Below, piece after piece: positions 17,140-26,793 of a DNA stretch of 64,000 nucleotides. The notes beneath the pieces were generated by a model. That model made no database searches. It was not told the origin of the DNA and saw only the letters and a program-made list of their open reading frames with translations. Source of the stretch: a virus (taxonomy: Duplodnaviria > Heunggongvirae > Uroviricota > Caudoviricetes). The first letter of the stretch is position 1. Each line of letters opens with the position of its first letter. The stretch lies in IMG/VR virus record IMGVR_UViG_3300045988_007243; one strand, 5' to 3'. The translations under genes were made by a program, and so were the position numbers.

Positions 17140-18249
17140 TTAGATTTCACGTTTACGTTGAGAGATGAGTTCACCAGCAGTGCCAACGATGACATGCAAA
17201 GCTTCAGTCTTACCGTCCCATGCTTCCAGCACTTTACGTTGATTATCAACGATTGCTGCAACTTCATAACGAGAGGAACGCATCTTCATATCGTTGTAAT
17301 CAGTTGGAACAGATACAACATCTCGTGGATGGACACGAACCTTCAGGATTGTATCACCTGAGAAGCAACGAACATAATCCCAAGCACCAACATGAAGACC
17401 TTGAGAGCAAGTTACGTTACGGTTATTATCAACCATCCAACGTGGCATTTCTACAATGTTACCCAAATCATTAGGCACTTTGTAGGTGTGAGAGTCAACC
17501 AGCTTGCCTTCACGAGTAGAGACTTTCTTCCAACCAATGATGTAGCCTTCTTCATCAATTTCAACATCAAGGTGAGATACAAATCCCCAAAGTTGTTCTA
17601 CAGAATCTTTAGATGGGTTTTCCATCAGTTTTTCGAAGAACATCACAAGGCGTTCGAAACCTTTATCTCCAGTCTTCATCATGTGAAGAATACGGTCAAC
17701 CAGAGTAGAACGCATCTCAACAGCACCGTAGAATAACTTGTCACCTTTGATTGTGATAGCTCCCTGCGTGAAGTTTTCGATAGACTTACGAATGTTCATC
17801 AGTTCAAAGGCTTTCTTGAACTCACCTTTCACAACATGAACTACAATCTCTTGATAGTTCGGATGAGTAGACTCAACAATTTCAGATTCTGAACCGTAAG
17901 TCATAATTACAGAGTCGCCAGTAATCATGTACTCAATCTTGTCATCTTTCTGCATAGCTTCGTGCAGTTTATTTACTGGAGCTTTCTGTACAGAATCTTT
18001 AACAACCTTTTTAACTGGCTTGTCAGCTTTCTTTTTAAAGGTCTTAGCAACTTGCTTCAAAGTCTTCGTAGCTGGTGTAGAAGTCGCCTTTTTATTCCCT
18101 TTTAAGGTTGCTTCATGACGCTCTACAGCACGACCGACTGAACGGGTTGAGGTATTAAATTTCTGTGCAATAGCTGTTTTAGTCAGCTTGCCCTCTTTAA
18201 CCAGTTTGTAAATTTCTGCGTCAATCTGTGCTTTAGTTTTGGTAGTCAT
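17140..18249 (-). CDS. rIIB: rIIB-like protein
   Basis: 369-aa protein immediately downstream of an rIIA-like gene, basic Lys-rich N-terminal region; assignment by synteny and general resemblance. Confidence 0.4.
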   Translation of the reverse strand: MTTKTKAQIDAEIYKLVKEGKLTKTAIAQKFNTSTRSVGRAVERHEATLKGNKKATSTPATKTLKQVAKTFKKKADKPVKKVVKDSVQKAPVNKLHEAMQKDDKIEYMITGDSVIMTYGSESEIVESTHPNYQEIVVHVVKGEFKKAFELMNIRKSIENFTQGAITIKGDKLFYGAVEMRSTLVDRILHMMKTGDKGFERLVMFFEKLMENPSKDSVEQLWGFVSHLDVEIDEEGYIIGWKKVSTREGKLVDSHTYKVPNDLGNIVEMPRWMVDNNRNVTCSQGLHVGAWDYVRCFSGDTILKVRVHPRDVVSVPTDYNDMKMRSSRYEVAAIVDNQRKVLEAWDGKTEALHVIVGTAGELISQRKREI

Positions 18250-18293
18250 CTTATTACTCTCTCTTGTTAGTTAATAAATCATTTTGTGATGCT

Positions 18294-18323
18294 ATTCTAA
18301 GGGGCTTTGAAGCCCCTTGTCAA
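18294..18323 (-). promoter_or_regulatory. Promoter TTGACA-N17/18-TAGAAT with GGGGCTTCAAAGCCCC hairpin in the spacer
   Basis: Read on the minus strand between rIIA stop and rIIB start. Confidence 0.45.
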
Positions 18324-18328
18324 ACACT

Positions 18329-20695
18329 TTAATCGTAAATTGTAGTCCCTTCTGGAACACACTTCACATCAAAGCCTAAGAACTTACCCACTTCGATAGG
18401 TGACACTTTATTCCAATCTAAATGAGAAAGCAAGAAGTTTTCTTGTTTTCTTTTTGAAAGGTAGTTTGTCACCTTAATGACCATGCGGTCACCAGCTTTC
18501 TTAATTTTCTTGTAAAGCTTTGTATCATTGTCAAGGCATTCTTTCAAAGTTTGCAATCTACTAACAGTGTAAGTGTATGCAAACGGTGCAGCAACGTATT
18601 GGATTTTACCGAACATTGCCTCTACAGCCTCTTCATTACCTTCTAGGAAGATAGTTTTGTTTGTATCCAGTGAATAGCAATAACCACGAGAAATCTTCCT
18701 ATTATTGAATGTAAAGTTTCTGGCAATAATCCAGCTACTTGTAAGGTCAAGAACACCATCCATGTAGATGCGTGTCATATACCTGTTATGATTAATCCAA
18801 TGAACATCAGTTAAGCTGTCATTCAAGAGCTTCTCATCTACTTCAATCCAGTCTTCTGGTATCTTTTTCCAATTTGCTTTTCGGAAAACATAGACTGTCT
18901 TTCCAATAACATTAGCAACTGACTTAGCTACATCTTCTGGGGATGAGCAAAAACATCTACCATCAACTGTGTCGCCTACTGCCTTGATATAAAGCTGAGA
19001 CTCTTCAATTGTGTCTAAGTCCTCTGACACCTCTTTGTAGGAGGCTACACCTTCTGCTGGAACAGCTTTCCAGAGTTTTACAACACCTCTTACAGCTTCT
19101 TTACGCTGGTAATGGTGTTCCTTATCAGACATTTTCACAATCTTTAACAAGCTTTTATCAAGTTTGTGCAGATTGATTAAGTCATCTAACTCTTTTTCAG
19201 TCGAGAATACAAAGACAATACCATTGTATCTGTGAAACAGACTAGACTCACTTGCATAGTCTCGACATGCACCACGCAAGATTTGGTTACGCCCAACAGT
19301 CTTCTCAGTGCCATTTTTATTTCGACGGTCATTAATCACGAACAAAAACTGTCCAATCTGGCTTTTGCGCATTGCACCAAAGATGTTGAACATGCTCGCC
19401 TCTTGAGTGTAGGATAGTGCTGTTGCACGAATCTTACTCTCTAAAGAGTTAAACTTGACATAAGCAACTGGGTCATAAAGATAATCTACTTTAGGGATAT
19501 TGTTCCCGTTCCTATCAACCTTAATATTACCTTTACCGTCACGTTCGTAAATGACTGAGCCGTCTTCTGCGTAGATAATTCCACGACGAATGTTTAGCAA
19601 TTCTTCTTCCAGAGAATCAAGCTTAACACCTCCCCACTCTAGCTTTGGACACACAGCATTAAACATCTCTCGTGAGTTCAAACGTAACTCAGCATAAGCC
19701 TGTGCAGCATCCATGAGTGTAGGTTGACTATTAACTTTCTTGATAACATCCTTTGTAATCGCTTCAGTTATCTTTTTAGTAGCCTCAATGATAACATTTT
19801 TTGTCGTATCATTCATCTGCAATGCTTCACGAGAAGCTGCAATAGCAACTGAACCAATAGGCATGTAGATGTTTACAAGGTCTACGCTCCTACGGAAAAA
19901 CTCTGGCAAGACTTTGAAGAAATCATCACCAAGTAATGCTTCCATGTTCACTGGATAGGCAATATTACCCATCACCACATTAAACTCTGTCCTGTTACCA
20001 CTAGAACGCCAGCTTTGCTTATGAATCATGGCATCATAAACACCTTCTTCACGGGCAATGACGTTCATATCTGCTAATACATCGTCGTACTCAATATTAC
20101 TTTCTGGTTTTACAGTGAAGTATGAGTACACATTTCCAGCTTCTTCAAAGAACTTTGAGATACGGTGGTCAGCAACTGCCACACGTACAGCTAAACCATT
20201 AGGTTCTTTTGTTGGGTTAGTTGTCAGCTTAGTTACTTGAGGGATACCATTCTCAAGATAAACAGAGTACTTATTAACAACACCGTCAACATAGCTAGAT
20301 ACTGTGAATGACTGAGCAATTGCAAATGGTGACTTTGAGCCGATACCCATTGCACCAATGTAGTCATTAGAGTCATTCTTCGTAGAAGCTCCATAGTTTA
20401 GGTACAAACTCATAACTTTATCATGAGTCAATCCAGTTCCAAAATCACGAACTTCAAAGTAAGGCTCAAAACGAGTAGGTAAATGCACATGGAACGGGAT
20501 GTTCTCTTTTCCAGCTTCTTTCTGAGCATCTACTGCGTTACATGACAGTTCACGAATCACTGCCCTTTCTTTAAAGGTATACACACCAGAACTCAAAAGG
20601 CTGAACATCTCAGGTGTCATTGTAATCTGTGCTTGAGACGTCTCTAAAGAAGTTGAACTCTTAATCACTTCTGCGTGGTCATTTACCATGCGCAT
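18329..20695 (-). CDS. rIIA: rIIA-like protein with N-terminal GHKL (histidine-kinase-like) ATPase fold
   Basis: N-box ELSCNAVDA, G1 box DFGTGL, G2 box GAMGIGSKS; 788 aa. Confidence 0.6.
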   Translation of the reverse strand: MRMVNDHAEVIKSSTSLETSQAQITMTPEMFSLLSSGVYTFKERAVIRELSCNAVDAQKEAGKENIPFHVHLPTRFEPYFEVRDFGTGLTHDKVMSLYLNYGASTKNDSNDYIGAMGIGSKSPFAIAQSFTVSSYVDGVVNKYSVYLENGIPQVTKLTTNPTKEPNGLAVRVAVADHRISKFFEEAGNVYSYFTVKPESNIEYDDVLADMNVIAREEGVYDAMIHKQSWRSSGNRTEFNVVMGNIAYPVNMEALLGDDFFKVLPEFFRRSVDLVNIYMPIGSVAIAASREALQMNDTTKNVIIEATKKITEAITKDVIKKVNSQPTLMDAAQAYAELRLNSREMFNAVCPKLEWGGVKLDSLEEELLNIRRGIIYAEDGSVIYERDGKGNIKVDRNGNNIPKVDYLYDPVAYVKFNSLESKIRATALSYTQEASMFNIFGAMRKSQIGQFLFVINDRRNKNGTEKTVGRNQILRGACRDYASESSLFHRYNGIVFVFSTEKELDDLINLHKLDKSLLKIVKMSDKEHHYQRKEAVRGVVKLWKAVPAEGVASYKEVSEDLDTIEESQLYIKAVGDTVDGRCFCSSPEDVAKSVANVIGKTVYVFRKANWKKIPEDWIEVDEKLLNDSLTDVHWINHNRYMTRIYMDGVLDLTSSWIIARNFTFNNRKISRGYCYSLDTNKTIFLEGNEEAVEAMFGKIQYVAAPFAYTYTVSRLQTLKECLDNDTKLYKKIKKAGDRMVIKVTNYLSKRKQENFLLSHLDWNKVSPIEVGKFLGFDVKCVPEGTTIYD

Positions 20696-20723
20696 AATAC
20701 TTTCCTCTTAGTTTACTGTTAAA

Positions 20724-20900
20724 TTACTTATTAAACATTTTACCAGAACCACCACACATAGGGCAACAACCTGCTCTTGTATAACCTTCTCCGTTACAGT
20801 AGTCACACTTCTTGTGTTCTGCAAAGTACTTACAAAGAAGATAAACAAGGACTGCTACACTACCAAGTGACAGTAAAATTTCTACCCAATATGCTTGCAT
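20724..20900 (-). CDS. Small membrane-anchored protein with DnaJ-type zinc finger (58 aa, below track cutoff)
   Basis: Translation MQAYWVEILLSLGSVAVLVYLL...CDYCNGEG...CPMCGGSG (two CxxCxGxG units); overlaps the 3' end of 20882..21217 by 19 nt. Confidence 0.35.
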   Translation of the reverse strand: MQAYWVEILLSLGSVAVLVYLLCKYFAEHKKCDYCNGEGYTRAGCCPMCGGSGKMFNK

Positions 20901-21217
20901 GACTCACCTCTCATGTTTTTGTAAAGGATAAAGCTTCTGTCATGGACGATACTTGTAGATACTGCAAAGTTACTTTCAAGCATCTGTTTGTTTGGATTGT
21001 AGAAGCTTTTTTTAAACTCGTCAAGCGCAAATTGGTGATGGTCTGGAAGACCTTTTACACAAACCTTTATTGTGATTGCTGCTGCAATCTTGCCAGTCAG
21101 TTCTTCTTTAGCTGCTACTAAAATTTTGTTAAGGAACTTTTTACCATCTTCAGGTTTCTTAATGTTCTCCCAACGTTCTTCTAAGACAATGTTGATGTTC
21201 ATCTCTTTGATTTTCAT
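20882..21217 (-). CDS. Hypothetical protein
   Basis: ORF, 111 aa. Confidence 0.45.
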   Translation of the reverse strand: MKIKEMNINIVLEERWENIKKPEDGKKFLNKILVAAKEELTGKIAAAITIKVCVKGLPDHHQFALDEFKKSFYNPNKQMLESNFAVSTSIVHDRSFILYKNMRGESCKHIG

Positions 21218-21230
21218 AATCTTCTCCAGA

Positions 21231-21257
21231 AATTAAAAAGGCTCCCGTAGGAGCCTC
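21231..21257 (-). terminator. Rho-independent terminator after the NAMPT-like gene
   Basis: GAGGCTCCTACGGGAGCC hairpin followed by UUUUUAAUU on the minus strand. Confidence 0.6.
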
Positions 21258-21270
21258 TTATCATATACTT

Positions 21271-23052
21271 TTAAAGCTGCTTGTCAATATTATTTCGAAT
21301 ATCACCAAGAGTTGTGTAACCGAACTGCTCAGAGTCACTAAAGACTAAACGTAAAGCACAAGCTGGGTGGTCAAGTACATCTGCAAAACTCTGGAATCCA
21401 TAGCCATCTACAGCTTTCAGCTTATCACCATCCCACATAGGTGCTACACCACCAAAGGCAGATTTCTTAACACCACTATCTGTTTTAGGGTCTTTTGCAA
21501 GCATAATCTCTTTACCACCAATGCTTGCCAGAGTTGCTTTGACAGCAAATGCAAAGGTGTCACGAGTCATGTACTGGTAAGTGTAAGAACCTACACCAAA
21601 CACTACGTTAGAGCTTGCAAAACCCATTTCATACAAACGCTTCAGTATTTCGTTTGCACGTTCCAACGTGATAGAGTCGCCATAAATAAGCCCGATATGC
21701 TCATCCAGTACTTTAAAACCTTTAGAGTTGATAGTTCCCCCAAAGATGTTATACAGTGTCTTGATAGCTCCATCAATCTCCGCTACAGGACGTGTTACAA
21801 CGTTTGCAGAACCAACCATATAAGCATTTTTCAACAGCACTGTATCAGCAACTTCAAAGTCTTCTCTGTCAACAACCATTTCGTAGCCTTCTGACAGTAG
21901 CCATCCAGCAATACCATAGTTGATGTTTTCAAGCTTCATGTTCAGAACAGCATTCAACATTGTGTCGCTGGCTTCCAGCTTGCTTAAGTGTTCGTAATAA
22001 GCCTTTTTAGCACACTCTAAATGGATTGCTTTGTATCCTGTGACAATATGTACAGGGTCTCCAGAGTCAGGGCGAATTACCAGTTTACCATCACGTTCCA
22101 TAATTTCTTTACGGAGTGCTGGTAAGATTTCTGACACAGTTCTCCAGAAGTTATAAGTATCTGAAACAATACTTGCAATACCAGTTGGGTAAGTTTCTGT
22201 TAAGAAACGACGGAAGGTTTGTAACTCACCTTTAAAGCGTCTTTCTTCTTCAATCAACTCATTACCACCTTCCCAAGCAATGTTTGCACACATTACAGAG
22301 TGCTCAGTGGCTGGTACAGAACTACCAATATCAGAGATTAGGTAAGACTGACCATAGATTCGTTTAGCCGTGTATACAGCAGGGAAACTATCAGTTCCTT
22401 TAAAGCTGGTTAAGTGACCTACAGCATTAAATGCGTCATCAGTAAAGCCGGACATACCACGCATAGCAAAGTCATGGCACTGATAAGGCAAATGTAAGTC
22501 GTTGTCACAAGTAAGGTCAGACCACTTCTTACAGATACGTTTGTAGTGCAATGCAATAGTTGCAATGGTACAAGCCTTCCAAATCTCAGCAGAGAAAGCA
22601 TCTTCCAGATATCCCGCTACCCAATGGAAACCTGAAACAGTGTTCTGGAAGACAATCATTGGTACACGCATAGGAACAACTGTGCCTTCTTCTACAGCGT
22701 AGACTTCAACTGGTAGATAACCTAAGTCGTGGAGTGCTTCCCAATGTTCTCGACCAATAGCATCTTTGCCCAGAACACCGTTCATGATTTCTAAGATTTC
22801 GTCAATTGCTTCTTTTTTGTCACGTTCAAAGAAAGTGGCGTTCCAGTGGTCTATCAAGTAATCTTTAACGAAACGTTGAATACCAAAAGCTACTACACCA
22901 TCAATTGCTAAAGGGCTGTTAAACCATTTATCGCTACGTGGTGTCAGGTTCAGCATAAGGTACTGTGTGGCATCTGGATACTGATATATATGTGATGCCT
23001 TGTAAGCATCTGCGTTTAAACCTGCTGGTACTGCATAAAGTGATTTAGTCAT
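21271..23052 (-). CDS. nadV: Nicotinamide phosphoribosyltransferase family protein (NadV/NAMPT-like; possible Namat of a NARP1-type pathway)
   Basis: N-terminal ADAYKASHIYQYP matches the NAMPT DSYK.THY.QYP motif; length 593 aa; adjacent to a Prs-family gene. Confidence 0.75.
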   Translation of the reverse strand: MTKSLYAVPAGLNADAYKASHIYQYPDATQYLMLNLTPRSDKWFNSPLAIDGVVAFGIQRFVKDYLIDHWNATFFERDKKEAIDEILEIMNGVLGKDAIGREHWEALHDLGYLPVEVYAVEEGTVVPMRVPMIVFQNTVSGFHWVAGYLEDAFSAEIWKACTIATIALHYKRICKKWSDLTCDNDLHLPYQCHDFAMRGMSGFTDDAFNAVGHLTSFKGTDSFPAVYTAKRIYGQSYLISDIGSSVPATEHSVMCANIAWEGGNELIEEERRFKGELQTFRRFLTETYPTGIASIVSDTYNFWRTVSEILPALRKEIMERDGKLVIRPDSGDPVHIVTGYKAIHLECAKKAYYEHLSKLEASDTMLNAVLNMKLENINYGIAGWLLSEGYEMVVDREDFEVADTVLLKNAYMVGSANVVTRPVAEIDGAIKTLYNIFGGTINSKGFKVLDEHIGLIYGDSITLERANEILKRLYEMGFASSNVVFGVGSYTYQYMTRDTFAFAVKATLASIGGKEIMLAKDPKTDSGVKKSAFGGVAPMWDGDKLKAVDGYGFQSFADVLDHPACALRLVFSDSEQFGYTTLGDIRNNIDKQL

Positions 23053-23097
23053 CTTTTAATATCTCTCAAAATGGGGCTTTTAAGCCCCTATAAACTT

Positions 23098-23979
23098 TCA
23101 ATCAAGGTTTGCTACAGTAACTTGGCCGTAATGTGTTAAGCCACGGTCTTTAGCTTCACCTAAAGAGTTTGTAGTGTAAATATGGTCGATACCATTGTCA
23201 AGAAGGTTTTCAACATCTTTAGAGAAGATACCATGTGTTACATAAAGCTCCACACGTTTTGCACCTGCTTCACGTAGGTGTTTAGCTGCCTCTATGAAGG
23301 TTCGACCACCATCACAGATATCATCCAGAATCATGACGGTTTTATCTGCCAAATCAACATCATCAAGGATTCGCATACCAGTAATTTCACCAGTCTTAAG
23401 GTTACGTACTTTAGACATTGTGATGTATGGTTTATCCACCTCTTTAGCAGTCTCTGCAATCTTCTTAGAAGCACCTGCATCTGGGGCTACTAAATAATCA
23501 ATCAAAGGGTCATTCGCATAGTGGACTGCAATTTCCTTTTGAGGAATACTTTGGAAGCAGTTAAACAGGTTATCTGGAACGTAACTGTGAGGGTCAACTG
23601 CACAGACTGCACCAAATCCCATTGCATTTACCTGTTTAGCAAAAACCTTTAAAGCTGCTGCGTCGCCTTTAAACATGTGACGGTCATAACGTGCATTTGG
23701 TAAGTAGTAAAAGATGACAGTCTTTAAAGCATAATCATGAGGAATTAAATCATCAATTGCTTCTTTAGCAAGTGCCACAGCAAACAATGTATCCTTATCA
23801 TAACCTTTTACAATCATAATCACATTGTTGATGGATGATGCTGCATAAGCAGTGAAATCAACAAACTCTGGCGAAAAGTGTCCACCAATCTCACCAGAAG
23901 GAAATTGGATGATGTTAAACTCTTCTTCATGAGTCCCTTTAGTTGGTGAATGAACTGTAACACGGATAGATGTTTTCAT
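23098..23979 (-). CDS. prs: Ribose-phosphate pyrophosphokinase family protein (Prs-like; possible Adps of a NARP1-type pathway)
   Basis: VIFYYLPNARYDRH (like VIPYFGYARQDRR), LVAPDAGASKK, MILDDICDGGRTF...GAKRVELYVTHGIFS (like VLVDDMIDTGGTL...GAKRVFAYATHPIFS); start moved to the ATG after the upstream stop. Confidence 0.7.
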   Translation of the reverse strand: MKTSIRVTVHSPTKGTHEEEFNIIQFPSGEIGGHFSPEFVDFTAYAASSINNVIMIVKGYDKDTLFAVALAKEAIDDLIPHDYALKTVIFYYLPNARYDRHMFKGDAAALKVFAKQVNAMGFGAVCAVDPHSYVPDNLFNCFQSIPQKEIAVHYANDPLIDYLVAPDAGASKKIAETAKEVDKPYITMSKVRNLKTGEITGMRILDDVDLADKTVMILDDICDGGRTFIEAAKHLREAGAKRVELYVTHGIFSKDVENLLDNGIDHIYTTNSLGEAKDRGLTHYGQVTVANLD

Positions 23980-23990
23980 AGTTTTCTCTC

Positions 23991-24269
23991 TCAATCAAAG
24001 GTTATGTTTGTTACTGCCATTGCAGATTTGCATTTTGCAGGGTCTACAACGTGATAAAGTACACTACAGTTACCTGTGCTGTCTGGTACAGGTTTGACCC
24101 ATTGATGCTTTATAGTTGGCTCTCCTAAATCTTTGTAAGAGCCATCTGTAAAATTGTTTACCATCTCAAGTGCAATTGGTTCTGGGACATGACCACGTAT
24201 CATGTACATCTCACAGCCGTTACCACCTTCACTCACTAATGGTAGAATCTCCCACTTTTCTTTAGCCAT
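23991..24269 (-). CDS. Hypothetical protein
   Basis: ORF, 92 aa. Confidence 0.45.
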   Translation of the reverse strand: MAKEKWEILPLVSEGGNGCEMYMIRGHVPEPIALEMVNNFTDGSYKDLGEPTIKHQWVKPVPDSTGNCSVLYHVVDPAKCKSAMAVTNITFD

Positions 24270-24777
24270 TATAAGTTGCCCTATAAACTGTCTCGAACTT
24301 CAACAGGAGAGATATTGCCAAATCTGTATAGTTGTTGTCAAGCACATCTGGCATATTATTTTTGATATATTTCTCTTGCTCTTCATAGGTCATCTTGGGG
24401 ATACTTAGGAGGCTATCTCCTTGCTTCTGGTTATCAGTTTTAGTTTGGATAAACCAGTTTGCACAGTGATGTTCACCACCTTTTGTAACAGGTTTGTGAT
24501 GACCTAATGTAAATGTTTGCTTACCCGTATACCTGCAAAGATTGTTCAGTGTTGCAATGGTGTTCTTCACAACACACCATTCATACAGGTTATCTATTGT
24601 GTAGTGTGGGTAATAACGGACAAGTGCTCTTTCACGGAAGTTATCACGATTCCAAAGAACCATGTGATTAGAATTTGAAGGGTCATATTTGTGGGAGTCT
24701 ATAAACTCTTGACGCTCATCAAAGCTGAGTCTTAGAACTGACATTGCAGCAGAACGTTTTAGGTTTGACAGATACAT
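24262..24777 (-). CDS. HNH endonuclease candidate
   Basis: GHHKPVTKGGEHHCANW resembles the HH.P...GG....N HNH core. Confidence 0.4.
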   Translation of the reverse strand: MYLSNLKRSAAMSVLRLSFDERQEFIDSHKYDPSNSNHMVLWNRDNFRERALVRYYPHYTIDNLYEWCVVKNTIATLNNLCRYTGKQTFTLGHHKPVTKGGEHHCANWFIQTKTDNQKQGDSLLSIPKMTYEEQEKYIKNNMPDVLDNNYTDLAISLLLKFETVYRATYNG

Positions 24778-24827
24778 ATCATCTCCAAAATAAAAGGGAA
24801 CCTTTACAGTCCCCTTATAGTATCTGC

Positions 24828-25148
24828 TTACTGAGCTACTTTCAAGATTCTTGTGAATGGAATTTCACTTTCTTCCATTAACTCTTTAGTTTCTTTGGTA
24901 ACTTTCACAAAGTTATCTAGGCAGATAATCTTCTTATCTTTCTTACTATAGGTTAATTTAACCTTTTCAATATCTTTCTCAGAGCTTTTCTCTTCATTGA
25001 AGAGTTTTACAGCCTCTTTGAATGGGATATATGAGCCATCATTATCACTAATGAATCCTGTACCACAATAGTAGGAGTTATGCTCTATAGCCATAAACTG
25101 GCACAGTAAGAAAATCTGTAATTTACGAGTGTTATAAACTTTGCTCAT
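24828..25148 (-). CDS. Hypothetical protein
   Basis: ORF, 106 aa. Confidence 0.45.
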   Translation of the reverse strand: MSKVYNTRKLQIFLLCQFMAIEHNSYYCGTGFISDNDGSYIPFKEAVKLFNEEKSSEKDIEKVKLTYSKKDKKIICLDNFVKVTKETKELMEESEIPFTRILKVAQ

Positions 25149-25150
25149 GA

Positions 25151-25417
25151 TTATTTAGCCTTCTTATTACGTTTACGGTTACGAGCTTTCTTAGCTGCTC
25201 GTTTAATAGCTGCTGCACCAGACTGACGGTGGGCTTGTTTCTTACCACCTTTGCCACGGCCTACATAGATGTAAGGCTGCTGTTCAATTTGGCTTGTAAG
25301 AACCTGTGCAACCGCTGAAGCATCTACACCGACCTGCTTTCCAGTCATAGAAACAATTGCTGCTGCTTTTGCCAGTGCCTTCAAGAATCCAGCTTTCATA
25401 TTACCTAAAATTCCCAT
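25151..25417 (-). CDS. Small basic protein (Lys/Arg-rich C-terminus), possible nucleic-acid-binding protein
   Basis: Start set at the ATG after RBS GAGAGAGACTAAAA; C-terminal KRAAKKARNRKRNKKAK. Confidence 0.4.
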   Translation of the reverse strand: MGILGNMKAGFLKALAKAAAIVSMTGKQVGVDASAVAQVLTSQIEQQPYIYVGRGKGGKKQAHRQSGAAAIKRAAKKARNRKRNKKAK

Positions 25418-25515
25418 TTTTAGTCTCTCTCTCATTAAAGTTTAATACAGAACTTATGAAGTTCTTCTTCAGTGATACCAATTGGAGTTATACCTTAGTC
25501 CATTTGCCAGAATAA

Positions 25516-26001
25516 TCATTCTGCTCGCCATTGGCAATCGCCTTGCCACCCATACTCTTTTCTCCAGAGGTTTTGGTTATCAGAACCACGATATGGTTTA
25601 ACTGTTGGTTTAGATGAATCATACTTACCATCAATCACCACGTCAACATATTTCATCACATCAAGGTGAATTTTTTCATGTAACTGAAAACCTGTCCAGA
25701 GCCAGATAGATTTTTCTGGGTAAACGGTTTTAATACGTTTGCATATGTTGGTAACCTCTTGAATGTTTCTATCATCCAGAGGTTCTCCACCAAGTATTGA
25801 CAGCCCACTGATGGCATTATCATCCATTAACTTAATGATGCCATAAAGGTTTGCATAAGTGAACTCTTTACCAGCATTAAACTTCCAAGACTCCCTGTTA
25901 AAGCAGCCTTCACAGTGATGTTTACAGCCAGCTACGAAGAGGCTTACACGAACCCCTTCACCATTAGCTGTGTCAAATGGTCGAATCTCCATGTAATTCA
26001 T
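25516..26001 (-). CDS. nrdG: Anaerobic ribonucleotide reductase activating protein (radical SAM)
   Basis: N-terminal DTANGEGVRVSLFVAGCKHHCEGCFN cluster typical of NrdG. Confidence 0.8.
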   Translation of the reverse strand: MNYMEIRPFDTANGEGVRVSLFVAGCKHHCEGCFNRESWKFNAGKEFTYANLYGIIKLMDDNAISGLSILGGEPLDDRNIQEVTNICKRIKTVYPEKSIWLWTGFQLHEKIHLDVMKYVDVVIDGKYDSSKPTVKPYRGSDNQNLWRKEYGWQGDCQWRAE

Positions 26002-26036
26002 CTAGTTACCTCACCAATATTATTTAATTGTTTTAC

Positions 26037-26432
26037 TCATTCAAACACCACCTGACAAGGAACCTGTTTAGTAATAAATTCTTCACAGTGCTCTTTAATG
26101 AAGTTTTGTAATGGTACACAATCTTGTGCGCAAGTCATTAGCATAATGTACTCTGGATTCATAATATTTTCAAGACTGTAGAAGACAACATCGTTAGATA
26201 GTTCATGACCGTCTTCTTCAGACCAAGTTCCAGTGACTACAGCTAATTTGTCAAGCAATTCATTAGGCAATGCTACACCATCTTCTACAGAATCACTTAG
26301 AACGTTGTCGCTGATGTACAATGTGAAGGTCGTATGGAATGTTGAATATCTTACGTGATTCTTTTCGCAAGAGCCACACTCTGAGGCGTAGTCTTTAATC
26401 CACTCTAACTGTTTTTGGTTCAACTTAATCAT
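26037..26432 (-). CDS. Hypothetical protein
   Basis: ORF, 131 aa. Confidence 0.45.
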   Translation of the reverse strand: MIKLNQKQLEWIKDYASECGSCEKNHVRYSTFHTTFTLYISDNVLSDSVEDGVALPNELLDKLAVVTGTWSEEDGHELSNDVVFYSLENIMNPEYIMLMTCAQDCVPLQNFIKEHCEEFITKQVPCQVVFE

Positions 26433-26629
26433 AATTTCACCCTAGTTGGTAATGCACTGAATGCTATAGCTAACCCTAAAAATGGTTTGAAGCATGACCA
26501 TAAATCCATTTGTCCATGATATGATAAACTCCATTGTGGGTCTGAAAAACCCCATACCATAACACTAACCCCAAAGAAGAAGATTAGAATGTGGAGTATG
26601 TATATCAACGTTTTTGATATTTTAAACAT
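26429..26629 (-). CDS. Small hydrophobic membrane protein
   Basis: 66 aa with two hydrophobic segments. Confidence 0.35.
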   Translation of the reverse strand: MFKISKTLIYILHILIFFFGVSVMVWGFSDPQWSLSYHGQMDLWSCFKPFLGLAIAFSALPTRVKL

Positions 26630-26793
26630 TTTAACTTATCTCTCAATTCACAATAAGAAAGTCCTAAAAAGAACCCTAGTAAGACAGAACCTATGAATAG
26701 GCCAATGATGTTCTCTGCCATATCTAACATCCAATAAAAAAGGTGATGTAAGCCTATCAAGACCCACACCACCTTGTCAAGTTTTACATAAGG

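Noticed and set aside
17220-20240. Track ORFs 17220..17474, 17392..17736, 17927..18118, 19232..19417, 20058..20240 (+)
   Set aside because: They lie antisense within rIIB and rIIA, have no RBS and are low-complexity; treated as spurious. The same applies to other antisense track ORFs (for example 456..677, 32786..32968, 33935..34177, 37716..38087, 39021..39851, 43723..44571, 47886..48179, 55347..55991, 57919..58230, 59359..59886).
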